A stretch of 64,000 nucleotides of DNA from the human T2T-CHM13v2.0 reference genome, Homo sapiens: assembly GCF_009914755.1 (NCBI RefSeq), contig NC_060937.1. One strand, 5' to 3'. This document shows, piece after piece, positions 11,683 to 28,369 of this stretch (its first letter is position 1; every line of letters starts with the position of its first letter). The translations under genes were made by a program, and so were the position numbers. The notes beneath the pieces were generated by a model that did no database searches, was not told where the DNA came from, and was given only the letters and a program-made list of their open reading frames with translations.

Positions 11683-14600
11683 ACTAAAGTCATTTCTTAA
11701 CAAACTACACCAGGGTGGGGGGCAGGGTGCCATCCGCTTTCATCTTGGTGTCCTTAAGCAGGAGTAAAATTCAGATCAAAGTATTACATTTCAAAAATGT
11801 GAGAAACAAAATTTCTGCACCCCAGCAAGGCCCCACATAGGTGGCAATTCTGTCTCTGATTCCTCTTCCCATGCTGTTTCAGACAGAACACCTGGCACAT
11901 AGTAATAGATCATCAAATGTGAGCAAGGATTAGTTGCCAACCATCTACAATTTTGCGGAGTTATACCTGATATAGTAGCTTCCAGTGGAGGGTGTAAATC
12001 CTGACACTCTAATTATACAGCTTTTTATTATTTCCCAACCTAATCTCCCACAATTACACTTCTTGCGTATTGAATAAAGATTTGAATTTACGTCTCAAAT
12101 ATCAATGTATTTTTTTTCTTAATACTGGATGTGTTGATTGAAGAGCTAAAGTTACTCTAGTTGGCTCTATTTTCTATTGACAATTGGTACCTGGCAGAGA
12201 GAGCAAAGCATAATCTTTCCATCCCTATGGAAATAAATGTTTGTAATTGCAACAAAGCAAGAATGCTGTTCATAAAGCTAAATAGTAACTAAAACAATAA
12301 AAATGCTTGCCTTCCAGTTAGACAAGTGATGGATAACATAAGAAATTACTGTGAAGCAATTTTGAAATATAAAGTTGAAGAGAATGTTTAAAGAATTTCA
12401 CTTACATTACTTAGATTCCAGGGGAAAATACTTTATTTTTGTTTCAATAATTTCAGGAACTTCCTGCAGCTTTTTTAAACCACGTCACATTAACATAAGT
12501 AGCAAGTGGTTAATTCCTAACCCCATAATGACATTTCTTTTTCTAGAATTCCATATTTCCGTTTCCAATAATAGAACTATTAGCAAGTGATGTTTCAATG
12601 TGCAAACTTTCCTTTATTTTCAGGTTCCTAATATATTGGGCTTCTCTTAAAAGCTAACCTGGGAGGTGGCAATTTTCAAAGAGATTTGCACAGAAAAGTC
12701 CAATCCTTTTCAAGTTTCTCTCTTTTAGCAGTTTCCCAGTGGTCAGAGAGATAAGTACTCTGTCAGAAGCAAAGTTGTGGGAGCACGAGGCTGGAGCAAA
12801 GGGCATCCAGGTATTTTATCTCATGCTCCGATCTCTGCTTATGTGGGAGGAGAGGATGCTGACCCGCTAAGCTGGCGGTATTTGACTTTCTGCATCACCA
12901 GTTCTTCTTTCTCATACAAGCTGTTAGAAAATAAAGACATAGTGCAATGGTTAATACATATTAAAGATTTATCCATTTATATTAACAGTGCAAAGTTTTT
13001 TTTCCCGTCACTTTATGGTTCATTTGTTTTAGCTTAATGTCCTCATTTGCAGAAAAAATGCAGAGATAGGTATTTAATCACGGAGAAGATTAAAGTCAAA
13101 ACTTAAATTAAAAATGTAATTTTTTGATGATCTGTTTTATTGTTAAAAGTACCCTCAGTGTTCCTGTATGTGTAGGGATAATTATGCATGGTACAACGCT
13201 GTGTGCAGACACACTGTAGTCTCAATTAAATATTTTAACTACTTAATGAAAGGCAATAGGATTTTTGCAGTTAGTAATTATAACCATAACCTGGAATCGA
13301 AACTCTCTATTCACCCTCAGACTGCTTAGTAAGTCAGAAGATAAAATGGTTGTGGCTATCGTGTCTTTAAAAGAATTTTTCATGATCAAAGAATAATTGT
13401 AGCGTGACAAAAATTTCCTGCAATTGTTTCAGGAAAGGCATGAAAAGCTGTTTTTTCTTCCTTTGTCCATTTCCTTAGCACTGCAGCAAGATATTATTTG
13501 AGAGTTTGGAATTATCAATAGAATAAATTATTTTATTATTTTATATAAAATTAAAAGCCCTTCTTTTGCAGTTATCCACTGGCTTTTAATGTTTTTAAAG
13601 TGGCATACTAGTAGATAGGTTGGATTATTTTCTTCATAGAAAATAAGATAATAAAGATAATGTTTAAAGTAAGTTTAAGCTTAAATTCAAGATTAATGTT
13701 CTTGGAAATTAAGGAGAAGTGAGTGAACAGTAAATTTTTATATCTTTTGTTTCCATAGGTAATGATATTACAAATCCATAGTACATCATCCTTATATTTG
13801 AGAAAGCAAAAAGTAAGTACTTTAAAATAGGGTTTAAACAGCAATTCTTTTTATCAATAAGAGGTAGTTGCTCACGAAATCTCATAGAATGTTATGGTTT
13901 GAAGTACACTTCAAGTATGCATGGTCCAGTCCTATAACCCATGCCTGAAACTCTTTGATGCTAATCACAGAATAAAATGTTGCTTTCCAAAACTTCCACA
14001 AACAGAAAAGAAAATAAAAAATAGTAGAAGTTTGGAGAAACAAATCTTCCAATTTCCAATTAGCTGTTTAATTAGTATAGCCTTTAAACTCTTTTTTGAT
14101 TTACAATTATCTTTTTTATCATAAAGAAGAAGTCTCTGAACTCATCCAAATGGCTCTACCATTTTGATAACTGAATAAAGAATGGCTCTGACCCAACATT
14201 TGACTTGATAGATCTATGTAAACAATACAGAATAATCATGATGCTAATTTTTTATGCTAGCACTTTATCACTTCTCTGTTGTTTGGTAAGTTTATACTTG
14301 AACTTCATATTTATGCTTAGAAAAAAAGTTTCTTATTAATTTTTCAAAGAATCTAGATATCTTTTTATATGTCTAATCGATTCAGAACACATGCACATGT
14401 ATTTATTCTACCACTCTAATCAGTTCCCACTCTTGAACTTGCAGCCATGCACAACCTTTTGTTGTGTGTGCCTTATTTTCTTAGTTATTAATCTACTGGA
14501 TTCTGTTAGCAAGATTTTCCCACCAACCACTTTTATTACACATTTCTTGGGAGCCCTTGTATACACAACAACAAAAATTCAAACGATTATATTGTGATCC

Positions 14601-14804
14601 AGGAGATTAAAAAAAAAATCAGGGAAACAAATTAATATAAGAGACCAGGTGGTGTAATAGAAAAACTCTAAACTAGATGTTGGCGCATGACCCCTCTTCA
14701 GGAATCAAGTCCCTAGAACCAAAAGGAGGGGAGCAGGGGCCCCCGGCCATCTAGGAGAATTGTGGTCTGGAGTCACCTGTGTTCCTCAAGAGGATGTGAA
14801 ATGA

Positions 14805-15135
<331 letters not shown>

Positions 15136-17347
15136 ACCTTTTGAATATTCTTTAGAGTAATATTATAGAGCTGGCTTTACCATGGACTGATTAATTTGGG
15201 GGCAAATCCCTTAAATGAGACAGAAGAATCTGTCTCCAATTCTGATGTCAGAATGCTAATGTCTATCAACCCTACCTCTTAGGATTATTATGAGAAATAT
15301 ATAAGATGACTTTGGTGAAATTTTCTTGTGAGCTATCCATGCACTCTATGTGCAAAGAATCATTAATAATAAGTGTCCAATCATTGAGCTTTAGGTCTAA
15401 CCTTCCATTAATTTAATAGAAATATGGCATATTAAAACATAAGTGAAAGATGACTTATTTCCTTCAAGTTTCAGATGAATGTGGATGCAGTCCAGATTGA
15501 ATGGTTTATTTCACAAAGAGAATAAACCTCATGTCAAGCTTTGTGTGCAATCAAATTTCAATGGAACATACTTCTCTACAGTGGAGAAATACATTTTTAA
15601 AGCTTAGTGCGATGCAACTTACAATAACTACAACTCTTTATTATAGAAACAGCTAAAACCCAATAATAAACATTTACATATTTAGTACGAATATCATAGT
15701 AACTTAAAAATAAAATCAGGGAAAAAACTGATCCAGCATGGTAAATGTAGAAACAGGAATAGAATTACCTGCAAATGAAACAAATGTGGAGGATAAATAA
15801 AAGATTTCAGCCAAAGTAGACAAGACAATAGGAGCCCTGTCCAGTTGCCAGCCAAGGAAATGACCTGGTCTAATAGGATTTGATATACCTCAGTGAGGCG
15901 CCCTTGCCTTTAATTTCTTCATTTCCTGCCCTGTCCCCATCCCCAAGTTACAGAGTGTGTTCCGTCACTTAAAGTGGCTGGAGCTGGCTTATTTTTATTT
16001 AGCTTTTATTATTTGCAAAGCATTCTTTTTGTAGTAAGGCTAGAGGGCATTCAGTAAAATTCATGTATTTCCAAAAGTATTATTTAATCAACTTTTAATA
16101 TTGGACTATTTATGAACTTCTTTATTAAAGTAAATTAACAATGTTCTTAATATTTACGTAACCTGGAAAATGAGCAAAGATAAAATCAGAAATCCATTTT
16201 CTTACCCCGCCCCCACAGACTGCCTACTTAAAACCACCCCCACTTTGAGAGGCAAATCCCTGTTACTTAATCAAATATAGAGCATTTCTCATAAAGTATC
16301 TGTTCACTCCCAGGTAACAAAATGTCCTCTAATCACCCTTCCTCTCAAGAATTGTCTCTTTTATTGGTTGCAATTCTGTGTACTCCATAAGAATCAAGAT
16401 GCCAACTTTGATCCAAGTTTTCTTCACAAGTTTGGGCCCACTTTAATCAGCAGGCCGCTTGTAGTAAACTTTCTTCCTATTTCCAGACCTGAGGCTTCCA
16501 TCGCTTCATCACACACCCTTGAAACACTATGGCTCACGGAGGACTGAAGTGAGAGGTGTTACAGAGAAAGGGAGAGCACGGCACTAGTAAAGTTATTGGC
16601 ATGCCCCCTTGGAAACCGTTGTTTGATTCCTTTGAAAGTAATAGGAGGTTGGGTGCTGAATTCTTCAGGGCATACTTGGGGGTTCTTTGAGATCCCTGCC
16701 CACGAATGGTTATCCATCACATGCAGTTTTCCCAGGTAGAATGAATCCCTCAACCTCAGCTGTTCTCCTGAGGCTGGTCTCTCAACCTGGGATCTGGGAT
16801 GATGCACTTCCAGCTGCTTTCTGCAGAGATCGCCTCATTGGCCAGGGCCTTCTTTGACAAGATCTAAGATAATCCCTGGCTAAGCTCTGTCTCACAATGT
16901 CCACCAGAGAGTGATAAGAAAGATGCAATCTGGCCTGCTATCGGGGGAATAAAATTATTTTCAGGCTATAGCCTTCTTTGATTTTGCTCTGGGCCTCTTT
17001 GCAAGCCTCTCATCCTTTAAATATTTTCTGGAATAAATCGGACACTTCTTTGTCCCTGTAAGTCCAGGGATGCACATCAAGTTGTCTGTCAGGGAAGGGG
17101 AAGAAGATGAGCACTCAGCATCCATCCAATCTCTCCAAGGGGAGACCACAGCTCTTCCTTCATAACCTTCGGGGGGATGCTGAGCCTAAGGCCAGGAAAA
17201 CATTTTGGACACCTCTTTGCAAGTCCTGCAAAGCAAGTCTTTGCCTTCTTTTGGAATGTGGAGTGGTTGGCACCTGTTGTATATCCCCATAAAGTTAGTC
17301 AAAAAGAGCCCTGTTGTAGACACTTAATCTAGTTATAAAGAATATAA

Positions 17348-17692
<345 letters not shown>

Positions 17693-17852
17693 TAAATTTT
17701 TAATGATTTACTCCTTCATATTTATTATCTAAAGTTATCAAATTTTCTGATAAGATGAGCAAAAAACGCAATAGAAACAAAGAAAACCACCATTTAAAAA
17801 TCTACATGGTCAAGCTGATCTTACCACAGTGGCATTTATATTTAGTTGGTTC

Positions 17853-18260
17853 ATTATGAATTGAACTGTGCCCACTTCCTTCCTTTCTCCCTCCACCAAA
17901 AAAAAAAAAAAAACAAATCCTAACCCTAGGAAAAGTGACTTTATTTGGAAATGGGGTGTTTGCAGATACAATCAAGTTATAATGAGATCATACTTAATTA
18001 GGGTGAGTGCATATAGCTAATGTCCTTATTAGAAGAAAAAGCAGACACTGGACAAAGACACTGGACACAGACACAGTGGACAACACCTTGTGGAGCAGGC
18101 AGAGATTGAAGTGATGCATCTACAAGTCAAGGGTTGCCGGCAATGCCCTAAAGTTAAGGCAGGAGCACAGAACAGATTCTCCAGAGGGAACCAACCCCAC
18201 CAACACATTGACTGCAGACTTCTAGTTTCCAGAACTGTGAGAGAACAAATTTCTGTAGTA
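17853..18260 (+). mobile_element. MLT1B/MLT1C (MaLR) LTR
   Basis: gtgactttatttggaaatggggtgtttgcagat...gcagagattgaagtgatgcatctacaagtcaagg...ccagaactgtgagagaacaaatttctg. Confidence 0.85.
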
Positions 18261-19684
18261 CTTTACCAAACTCATGCACTTAAGAGGGAGGGATAATAGG
18301 GAAAAGGTTTTGCTTGAGATCAAAGTCCAGGGGTTTACGCATATTCCTATATAGTATCATTCTGGTAAAAATATATCTTAGAGACACAATTCATTATTTT
18401 TAAAAAACTGTCTACTTATTTAAACAGTATGTTGCCTCCAACCCATCCCAGTATCCCACCGAAATATTAGGAAGCCAACAAGCCTGTCTGCCTGAAGATC
18501 TATAGAAAGGTCTCTTATTCTTCTCTCATCTTTCACCTGCTGGTTCAGAAATTAAGGGTTGCACCATCCAAAAACTGTGAGTAATCATACATAAACTGCA
18601 AGTAGCTTGTTGCAATTTCTTAGCAATACTTTTGTAATCCTATGTTGCTGCCCTTTTTTCTACAACCAGGAAATCATTGCCTCTACCAAAATCATGACAA
18701 AAATGTAAGGGGAACTAGCCATGGCACACTGCATGCAGAAGGTGAAGGTGCAAATCCCACAAATAAAGCCCGAGAGGCTGAGGCAAAAAAAAAAAAACAA
18801 AAGAGAGAGAGAGAGACAGAGAGAGAGCCTGGGAGCTGTGCTCACTGGAAATTACAGGTGTTTGTATACTCTATTGACTCAAAGTGTTGGAGAGCTAAGA
18901 AGTATGAGTGGTTAAATACGTGCTGCTCAATTTTGCAGAGCAACAGTTTACAGCCTAGTAATGACTTTGTCTTAAACCGATTCAGGCAACAGCTTGGAAA
19001 GAATGTAGTATCAAGTACCATCTCACACCCTGACAGCTGACAATAACATTCATAGAAGAAAAGCTTGTGAAAATATAGATATGAAATATCATCTTGAAAA
19101 TTCAGCTTTAAAATCACACTGTAGAATACAATTTTGGGGGGCAACTAGGAGAAATCATTAGAATAAAGTCTGACATCCTAAAAATGTATACAGGAAAAGG
19201 TGATTTCTGTGAGTCAGGAAAACAAGTTAACACGAAGAAAATGGCAGGGTGGTGGGGGATGAAAATGGGGATGACGAATATGTCTGGGAATTCAATGGCA
19301 GAATTGAAATCTGCATTGCTGTAGTCAAGAGAAAAAACGGCCTTGAGGAAAAGTAAGATAATGATGTGAAATAAATTTGGAAGACATGGGAAACTGCAGG
19401 AGAAGAAAGATATGAAAGTTATTAGCATTTATCTGATAAAAACAGAAGGACAAAAATTGAGAACTCGTGAAATAATTTTTGTTTTGTATTATTTTTTCCA
19501 GAAAAAAGAGCATGAGAATAGCATCCAAATACACACAAAAGTCTCCAAAATATTTATATTTTAGTTTTGACATCAAGAATATATATTTTTTATTATATTT
19601 GTCTCCTCCTTTCACTTTTATGTTTCGTAGGACATTTCACATGTGAACCACTGCACCCAAGCATGCTTATCTATCTTTCAAAGG

Positions 19685-20290
19685 CTCTGGTCTCAATGAA
19701 TTGCAGCAGCCTTCACCCCTAAACCTTCTGAAACATGGCCCCATCAATGACTCCTTTCTTCCTTTCTTATCCCAACACTAATCCGTCCACTTGTCTTTTC
19801 CATCTAACTCTCAACAGCCTCTTCAGTCTTTACACATTTCTCCATCTCTACGTTCATTCAAGCCTGGGATATTTTAATATTCCTAAAATTGTTTCCTCTT
19901 CATTATTACCCACTGTATCAAACTCCTTCTCTATTACATTTAACCAAAAATAATTTTATAAACAAATTCAATCACATCACCTCCCTAATTAAAATATTCC
20001 ACCCACTTCCTATTCCAGGAAGACAAACTTCAACACGACTTTTAAGGCACCCCTTATTTTAGAAAGCACCTCGGATGCCGGCGCCGCTCCATGTCTCTTC
20101 CATTTTACAGACAAAGACCATTCAGAGGTAATTTTAGGTCAAAGCATGCTGTTCTTTTCTTAAGTACAGGGCCTGACAGGTCAAGGTAAGAATATTGACT
20201 TTCATTCCCAGTGAGAGGAAAAGCTAAGGAGCGTTTCTAGCTGAGTAAGTGGCACACTTCCATTTTGCATGGTCACTCTTGTGAGTGGTC
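19685..20290. mobile_element. L2 fragments (sense ~19685-20055, antisense ~20165-20290)
   Basis: Degenerate L2 3'-region motifs (aatcacatcacctccctaattaaaa; ggtaagaatattgactttcattcc). Confidence 0.55.
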
Positions 20291-20307
20291 TAGAACAAAA
20301 GGTAATT

Positions 20308-20469
20308 TGTAAAACAGAAAGTATCTGAGACAAGTCTCAATCAATTTAGAAAGTTTATTTTGCAAAGGTTAAGGATGTACCCATGACACAGCCTCAGGAG
20401 GTCCTGATGACATGTGCCCAAGGTAGTCAGCGCAAAGCTTGGTTTTGTACATTTTAAGGAGATATGGGA
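20308..20469 (-). mobile_element. MER4-family (ERV1) LTR, 3'-terminal part
   Basis: tgtaaaacagaaagtatctgagacaagtctcaatcaatttagaaagtttattttgcaaaggttaagg...gcctcaggaggtcctgatgacatgtgcccaagg. Confidence 0.88.
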
Positions 20470-20782
20470 TGTATTAGTGCATTCGCACGCTGCTAGTAAA
20501 GGCATTCCTGAGGCTGAGGTTTAACTGACTCACAGTTCAGCATGACTGAGGAGGCCTCAGGAAACTTACGATCATGGAGGAGGAGGAAACAAAAATGTCC
20601 TTCTTCACATGGCAGCAGCAAAGAGAAGTGCAGAGCAAAGGTTATAAAACCATCAGATCCCACAAGAACTCACTCACTATCATGAGAACAGCAAGGAGGT
20701 AATTGCCCCCATGATTCAATTCCCACCAGGTCCCTCCCACTAGTTGTGGGGATTATGGGAACTACAGTTCACCATGAGATTT
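20470..20782 (-). mobile_element. THE1C/THE1D (MaLR) LTR, truncated at its 5' end
   Basis: tgtattagtgcattcgcacgctgct...gaggcctcaggaaacttacgatcatgg...gggattatgggaactacagttcaccatgagattt. Confidence 0.9.
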
Positions 20783-21200
20783 ACTTCTGTCTTTGGGTTT
20801 TCTTCCTTGTCTTGTTATAACTTCTTCAATACATGCCAAGCTTATTCATTTTAGTATTTTCTTTTCTAATATCTGCATTAAATCCATTTCTGTCTGACTG
20901 TAAGTTACTAGGCTTAATATATATTTTCATTATCTATTTTTTAAAAATATTTTCTAATATCTATTTTGGGTTCTTCTTTGACCCAAGACTTTTTTAAGAG
21001 GGCATTCATTGATCTGTAAACTAGTTGTCCTTTTGTTATTTATTTGCAAATTAATGTTTCTGCTTTCAGAGGCAGTTATCTGCATAACATAAATCTTTTA
21101 AATACCATGGAAACACATTTTATATCTGTCAATTTTATAGGTGTCCTATGGATTTGTAAAAGAAATCTGTATTAGGCAATTGTGGAGTATACTTTATTTA
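20783..21200 (-). mobile_element. Old L1M(E) ORF2 fragment
   Basis: T-rich antisense L1M motifs such as ttcttctttgacccaagacttttttaagag. Confidence 0.55.
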
Positions 21201-21220
21201 TATATTTATATTTATATAGC

Positions 21221-21664
21221 ATATTAAATTTATATATATAAATTTATATATATAAATAATATTTATTATTATATTATATATTATATATAATATATTATTA
21301 TATATATAATATATATTATATATAATATATATTATATATATAATAATATAATATATATAAATAATATATTATTTATATATATAAATAATATTTATATATA
21401 TAAATAATATATATTATATATAAATAATATATTATTTATATATAAATAATATATTATTTATATATATATAAATAATATATTATTTATATATATATAAATA
21501 ATATATTATTTATATATATATAAATAATATATTATTTATATATATATATAAAATATATTATTTATATATATATATAAATAATATATTATTTATATATATA
21601 TAAATAATATATTATTTATATATATATATAAATAATATATTATTTATATATATATATAAATAAT
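21221..21664. repeat. Pure A/T minisatellite, unit AAATAATATATTATTT(AT)n of ~22-28 bp
   Basis: 444 bp with no G or C; about 10 copies of the palindromic core AAATAATATATTATTT. Confidence 0.97.
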
Positions 21665-21713
21665 GAGTGCCTTGAAAAATACATTGAACTTTATTGTATC
21701 TATATAATCCTGC

Positions 21714-21811
21714 TTATATAGTTTGGATATTTCCAAACTTCATGTTTCCAAACTCCAAATTTCATGTTGAAATGTGACCCCCAATATTGGAAGTGGAGCC
21801 TAAGGGGAGGT
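21714..21811 (+). mobile_element. MST-type MaLR LTR, 5' fragment
   Basis: tatagtttggatat...caaatttcatgttgaaatgtgacccccaatattggaagtggagcctaaggggaggt. Confidence 0.7.
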
Positions 21812-22805
21812 ATAGACAATTCTCTAAAGAAAATATAAAAATGGCCCACAAGCATACGGAAAAATGCTCAACATCTAATTATCAGGGAACTGCAAATCAA
21901 ACCCACAATGCGATACCACCTCACTCCTGCAAGAATGGCCATAACCAAAAAATTGAAACATAATAGATGTTGGCGTGGATGCAGTGAAAAGGGAACAGTG
22001 TTGGTGGGAATGTAAACTAGTACAACCATTATGGAGATTCCTTACACAACTAAAAGTAGAACTACCATTTGATCCAGCAATCCCACTACTATGTATATAC
22101 CCAGAAGAAAATAAGTCATTATACAAAAAAGATACTTGCACATGCATGTTTCTAGCAGCACAATTCACAATTGCAAAAATATGGAACCAGCCCGAATGCC
22201 CATCAATGAACAAGTGGATAAAGAAAATGTGGTGTGTATATATATATGTGTGTATATATATAATATATATAGTATATATATTATACTATATGTGTATATA
22301 TGTTTGTATATATAATATATAGTATGTATTTATATATTATATTTATATATTTATATACTATATTTATATTTATATACTATATTTATATATATATATAGTA
22401 TGTATATTTAGTATATGTATATATTTGTGGCATATATACTACTCAGCCATAAAAAAGAATGAAATAATGGCATTCACAACAACTTGGATGGAATTTGAGA
22501 CTATTATTCTAAGTGAAGTAATTCAGTCATAGAAAACCAAACAAATATCATATGTTCTCACTCATGTGTCAGAGCTAAGCTATGAGGATGCAAAAGCATA
22601 AGAATGATACATTGGACTTTGGGGACTTGGGGGAAAGAATAGGGGGTGGTGAGGGATAAAAGACTACACACTGGGTACAGTGTACACTGCTCAGGTGATA
22701 GGTGTACCAAAATCTCAGAAATCACCTCTAAAGAACTTATTCATGTAACCATACACCAGCTGTTCCCCAAAAACCTATTGGAATAAAAAAAAAATAAAAA
22801 ATAAA
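21812..22805 (+). mobile_element. L1PB1-like LINE-1, 5'-truncated (ORF2 C-terminus plus 3'UTR), internal (TA)n at ~22235-22438
   Basis: ORF 21975-22322 carries ORF2p motifs [20 protein letters not shown] and IAKIWNQP; 3'UTR gagctaagctatgaggatgcaaaagcataagaatgatac...; AATAAA and A tail. Confidence 0.92.
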
Positions 22806-22849
22806 CTTAGCCTGAAATTCAAAAAAGAAAAGAAAAGAAAGAAACAATT

Positions 22850-23391
22850 GAGTTAAGATAAGGGGGATTATGGAAACCAAGGTTCTTGTTATGTGGATGA
22901 AGTCTCCAGGTAGCAGGCTTCAGAGACAATAGATCATATGTATTTCCTATCATACCTTAAAGGATGTCAGACTCTAGAAAATATCTAGTAAGGGAAGGAG
23001 ATTATTTACGGGCTGCAAATTTCCTCTACAAAAACAGCTTTTCAGGGTCATTTCAAAATATGTCAAAGAAATACATTTGATATACTATATATACCTTGAT
23101 TTCCTTCAAAGCCTGCTGCTATCTGTCATGTGATGCTATACCAGACTCAGGTTAGAATTTGGTATCTTCTTGTTACAAAAAGTCTGTGTTGTCAGTCTTC
23201 TGATCTCTATTTTAATATTAATGTCAGTCAGTTGTATGCCTGAACTCCAAAGGGAAGGGTATAAGGAGGCATGTTTAACCCCGCTTCCTATTGTGGTCTG
23301 AACTAGTTTTTTGGGTTTCCTTGAGATACTCTTGGCCAAGGGGAGTCTATTTAATCAGTTGGAGTTCTTTGAATTTTATTCTTGATTCATA
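22850..23391 (-). mobile_element. MER4B/C-like LTR, 5' part
   Basis: gttaagataagggggattatggaaaccaaggttc...ctccaggtagcaggcttcagagacaatag...gaactagtttttt...gaattttattcttgattcata. Confidence 0.82.
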
Positions 23392-23429
23392 TGCCTTATG
23401 AAATGAGTATTGCCCCATGCTATTAATGA

Positions 23430-23650
23430 ATTTTTTAAATACTATTTTCATGTTGTTGGAAATTTAAGTAGTTGCTACATTTATGCTAATTATAAATCAT
23501 GGAATAATAAGCATGTCTATAGATACATATTTTCTTAGTGTCACTTTTCTTAGGACCTAAGGGTATTACGTTTTTCAGGTTTTTGGGGTGTATTGTTTTC
23601 AGAAAGTTTACACAGTTTACACTTTCATTGGCAGTGCATGTGGTATATTT
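23430..23650 (-). mobile_element. L1ME fragment
   Basis: ggaaatttaagtagttgctac...ttttcagaaagtttacacagtttacactttcattggcagtgcatg, antisense L1ME ORF2 end. Confidence 0.55.
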
Positions 23651-24039
23651 TGTATACCCTCCCCTGAGAATCTTCTTATTGTTATAAAACAGGGTATATC
23701 TATACTTTTAAAAATATTTTCTCTATTGTACTGTCACCAGGTTGTCCTAGTTAAGTGTGCTGTTTGTTTCCTTCTAAGACCCTGGAGGCTGTATATCGAT
23801 GATTTCTTACCTGGAGTATTTATTTAATTTATACATATTCTAATTATTCACATACTAAACTTATTTTTAGAATATTAGTTTTTATTTCTATTTATCCCAC
23901 CTTTATATGATGTTCTTACTTATAGATTCAGATGGTTGATTATTTTTCTCATTAATTTGTGATTACTTTTTTGGGAATTATATGTTGTATTTTCATTATA
24001 TTCAGTTCCTTAAAAACTACTCGGTTACCCAAGGAATTT

Positions 24040-26210
<2,171 letters not shown>

Positions 26211-27274
26211 TTGTGTTGAGAAAATTTAATGAAATCTTGCAAATGTGCAAATGCTCCATAAAATTTAGCCTTTGTCTGCTCTATGCCTTTCACCTGCTTT
26301 AAGCTTGTTTTTTGGCTATTAAAATAAATCACTTATTTCTATTCACTAATCTACTTAACTAAATTGTGACTTGCAATTTAACTCACATTTGGAAATAATT
26401 CATGTATTTATGTACTGCTTTAAAAACGCTCTGTAAGTATCCTGTATGAGTGACACACACAGCTTTTAACAGAAACGATACTATAGTGAGAAGAATCTGT
26501 GTATAATAATGAAGCACACTGCATAATGCCTAAAAAATAAGTACCAGATTTCCATCAATTTAACAGTTTTTTTTTTTAATGGCGAGCTGCTTGTGGGTTT
26601 CTTTTAATGAGTTTATATGGTAGATTATAAATCAGAATATACTAATTACATTTAACATAGGCATTTTGAACAGATTTGGTATGGACTCCACATACAGAAT
26701 ATATTCTTTACAGATTCCCGTATTTATAGCTTTACAAAATATTGACTATCCATACTCAAGGAATGGTAGTACTCTGCTATTGCACTTAGGAAATTCCTTT
26801 AACATGGTCATTCATACCATTGATGGTAGTTAAATGTTTACAGACCAAGTAATCTATGTAATTAATCTTAATTTGTGGTTGATGAGTGTAATTGGGGAAA
26901 CAAAAAAAAAAGCCTTATCTGGATCAGGTAATTTATTATGAGCTTATGCCTGTCTAACAAGGCTTGCCTTGAGATGATAAGTATAGGTGTGAAATTATGG
27001 ATGGCCTTACGTATATTCATGGTAACTATTAAGAAAGCAACTGAGGATGAAGGCTAGAAACCCTTGGGATATCTTTGCAGTAGAAAGAAGTAAACAGTTC
27101 TACTGAAGCTATTTACTAATGCCTTAATCAAAAATCTTTATAAAAATGCATTTATTCTAGTCTCCCACATTCAAAGCATCTGTTCACTATACAGACAATA
27201 TTGAGACATGGAGTCACTGCAAATGCCCAGTGTCCAAGTCCTGCTGAACCCTCATCATTGACCTGGAAGTTTGA

Positions 27275-27741
<467 letters not shown>

Positions 27742-27879
27742 GAGGAAATTGAAATCTATCTCGCCTTCATGGTCCCCACTAACAAACATGAATATTTGTA
27801 GCTTCCCTCACTTTCTTCCTTCTAGACCCACCTTCTTCTCACATGTGTGATGGTTGCAGTGGTCCAGCTGTGAAAATGA

Positions 27880-28190
27880 ACAGTCTAAAATGTCAAGAAA
27901 GGGCACAACACAATGGGAGTGTGTTTTTGTTCAACTATTACTGCAGGGATGTTTCTCGTTGTTCCATATTGAGGGTCTCTGCTTCCTTCGATTGTATGGT
28001 GCATCTCCTCCTATTGCTTCAGCTTTTCCATTCTGCTGGGAGAAGGGAAAAGCTTCTGCCTTAAAATGCCACATGTGATCTTTATGGCTGGAATTCAGTC
28101 ACATGGCCACCCCTAATGAATGGGCATCTGAGAAAAGGAATCTGTTTCGCATCTGCAAGTCCAAGGAGAAATGAAAAGGAATGTATAGCC
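27880..28190 (-). mobile_element. Old MLT1 (J/K-like) LTR fragment
   Basis: ggctggaattcagtcacatggccacccctaatgaatgggcatctgagaaa. Confidence 0.5.
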
Positions 28191-28369
28191 ACTGTGCCTG
28201 ACTAAGGATTCCTGCCTGCCTCTTGAGCTCACCCCTTCTCTCACCTCTACCTCAACACTTTGCTCCTTTTTTGCTGCATTATCTGTAATCACTCCTAACA
28301 TGATGTCTCCTCAGCATATAAGCAAAATCATCTTCATTATTATCATCACCATCCACACTTGTTTAACAC

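Noticed and set aside
20071-20090. Four CpGs in tcggatgccggcgccgctcc
   Set aside because: Far too short for a CpG island and no supporting context
21975-22322. 115-aa ORF with [11 protein letters not shown] motif
   Set aside because: Decayed C-terminus of L1 ORF2p running into a (TA)n tract; not a functional gene
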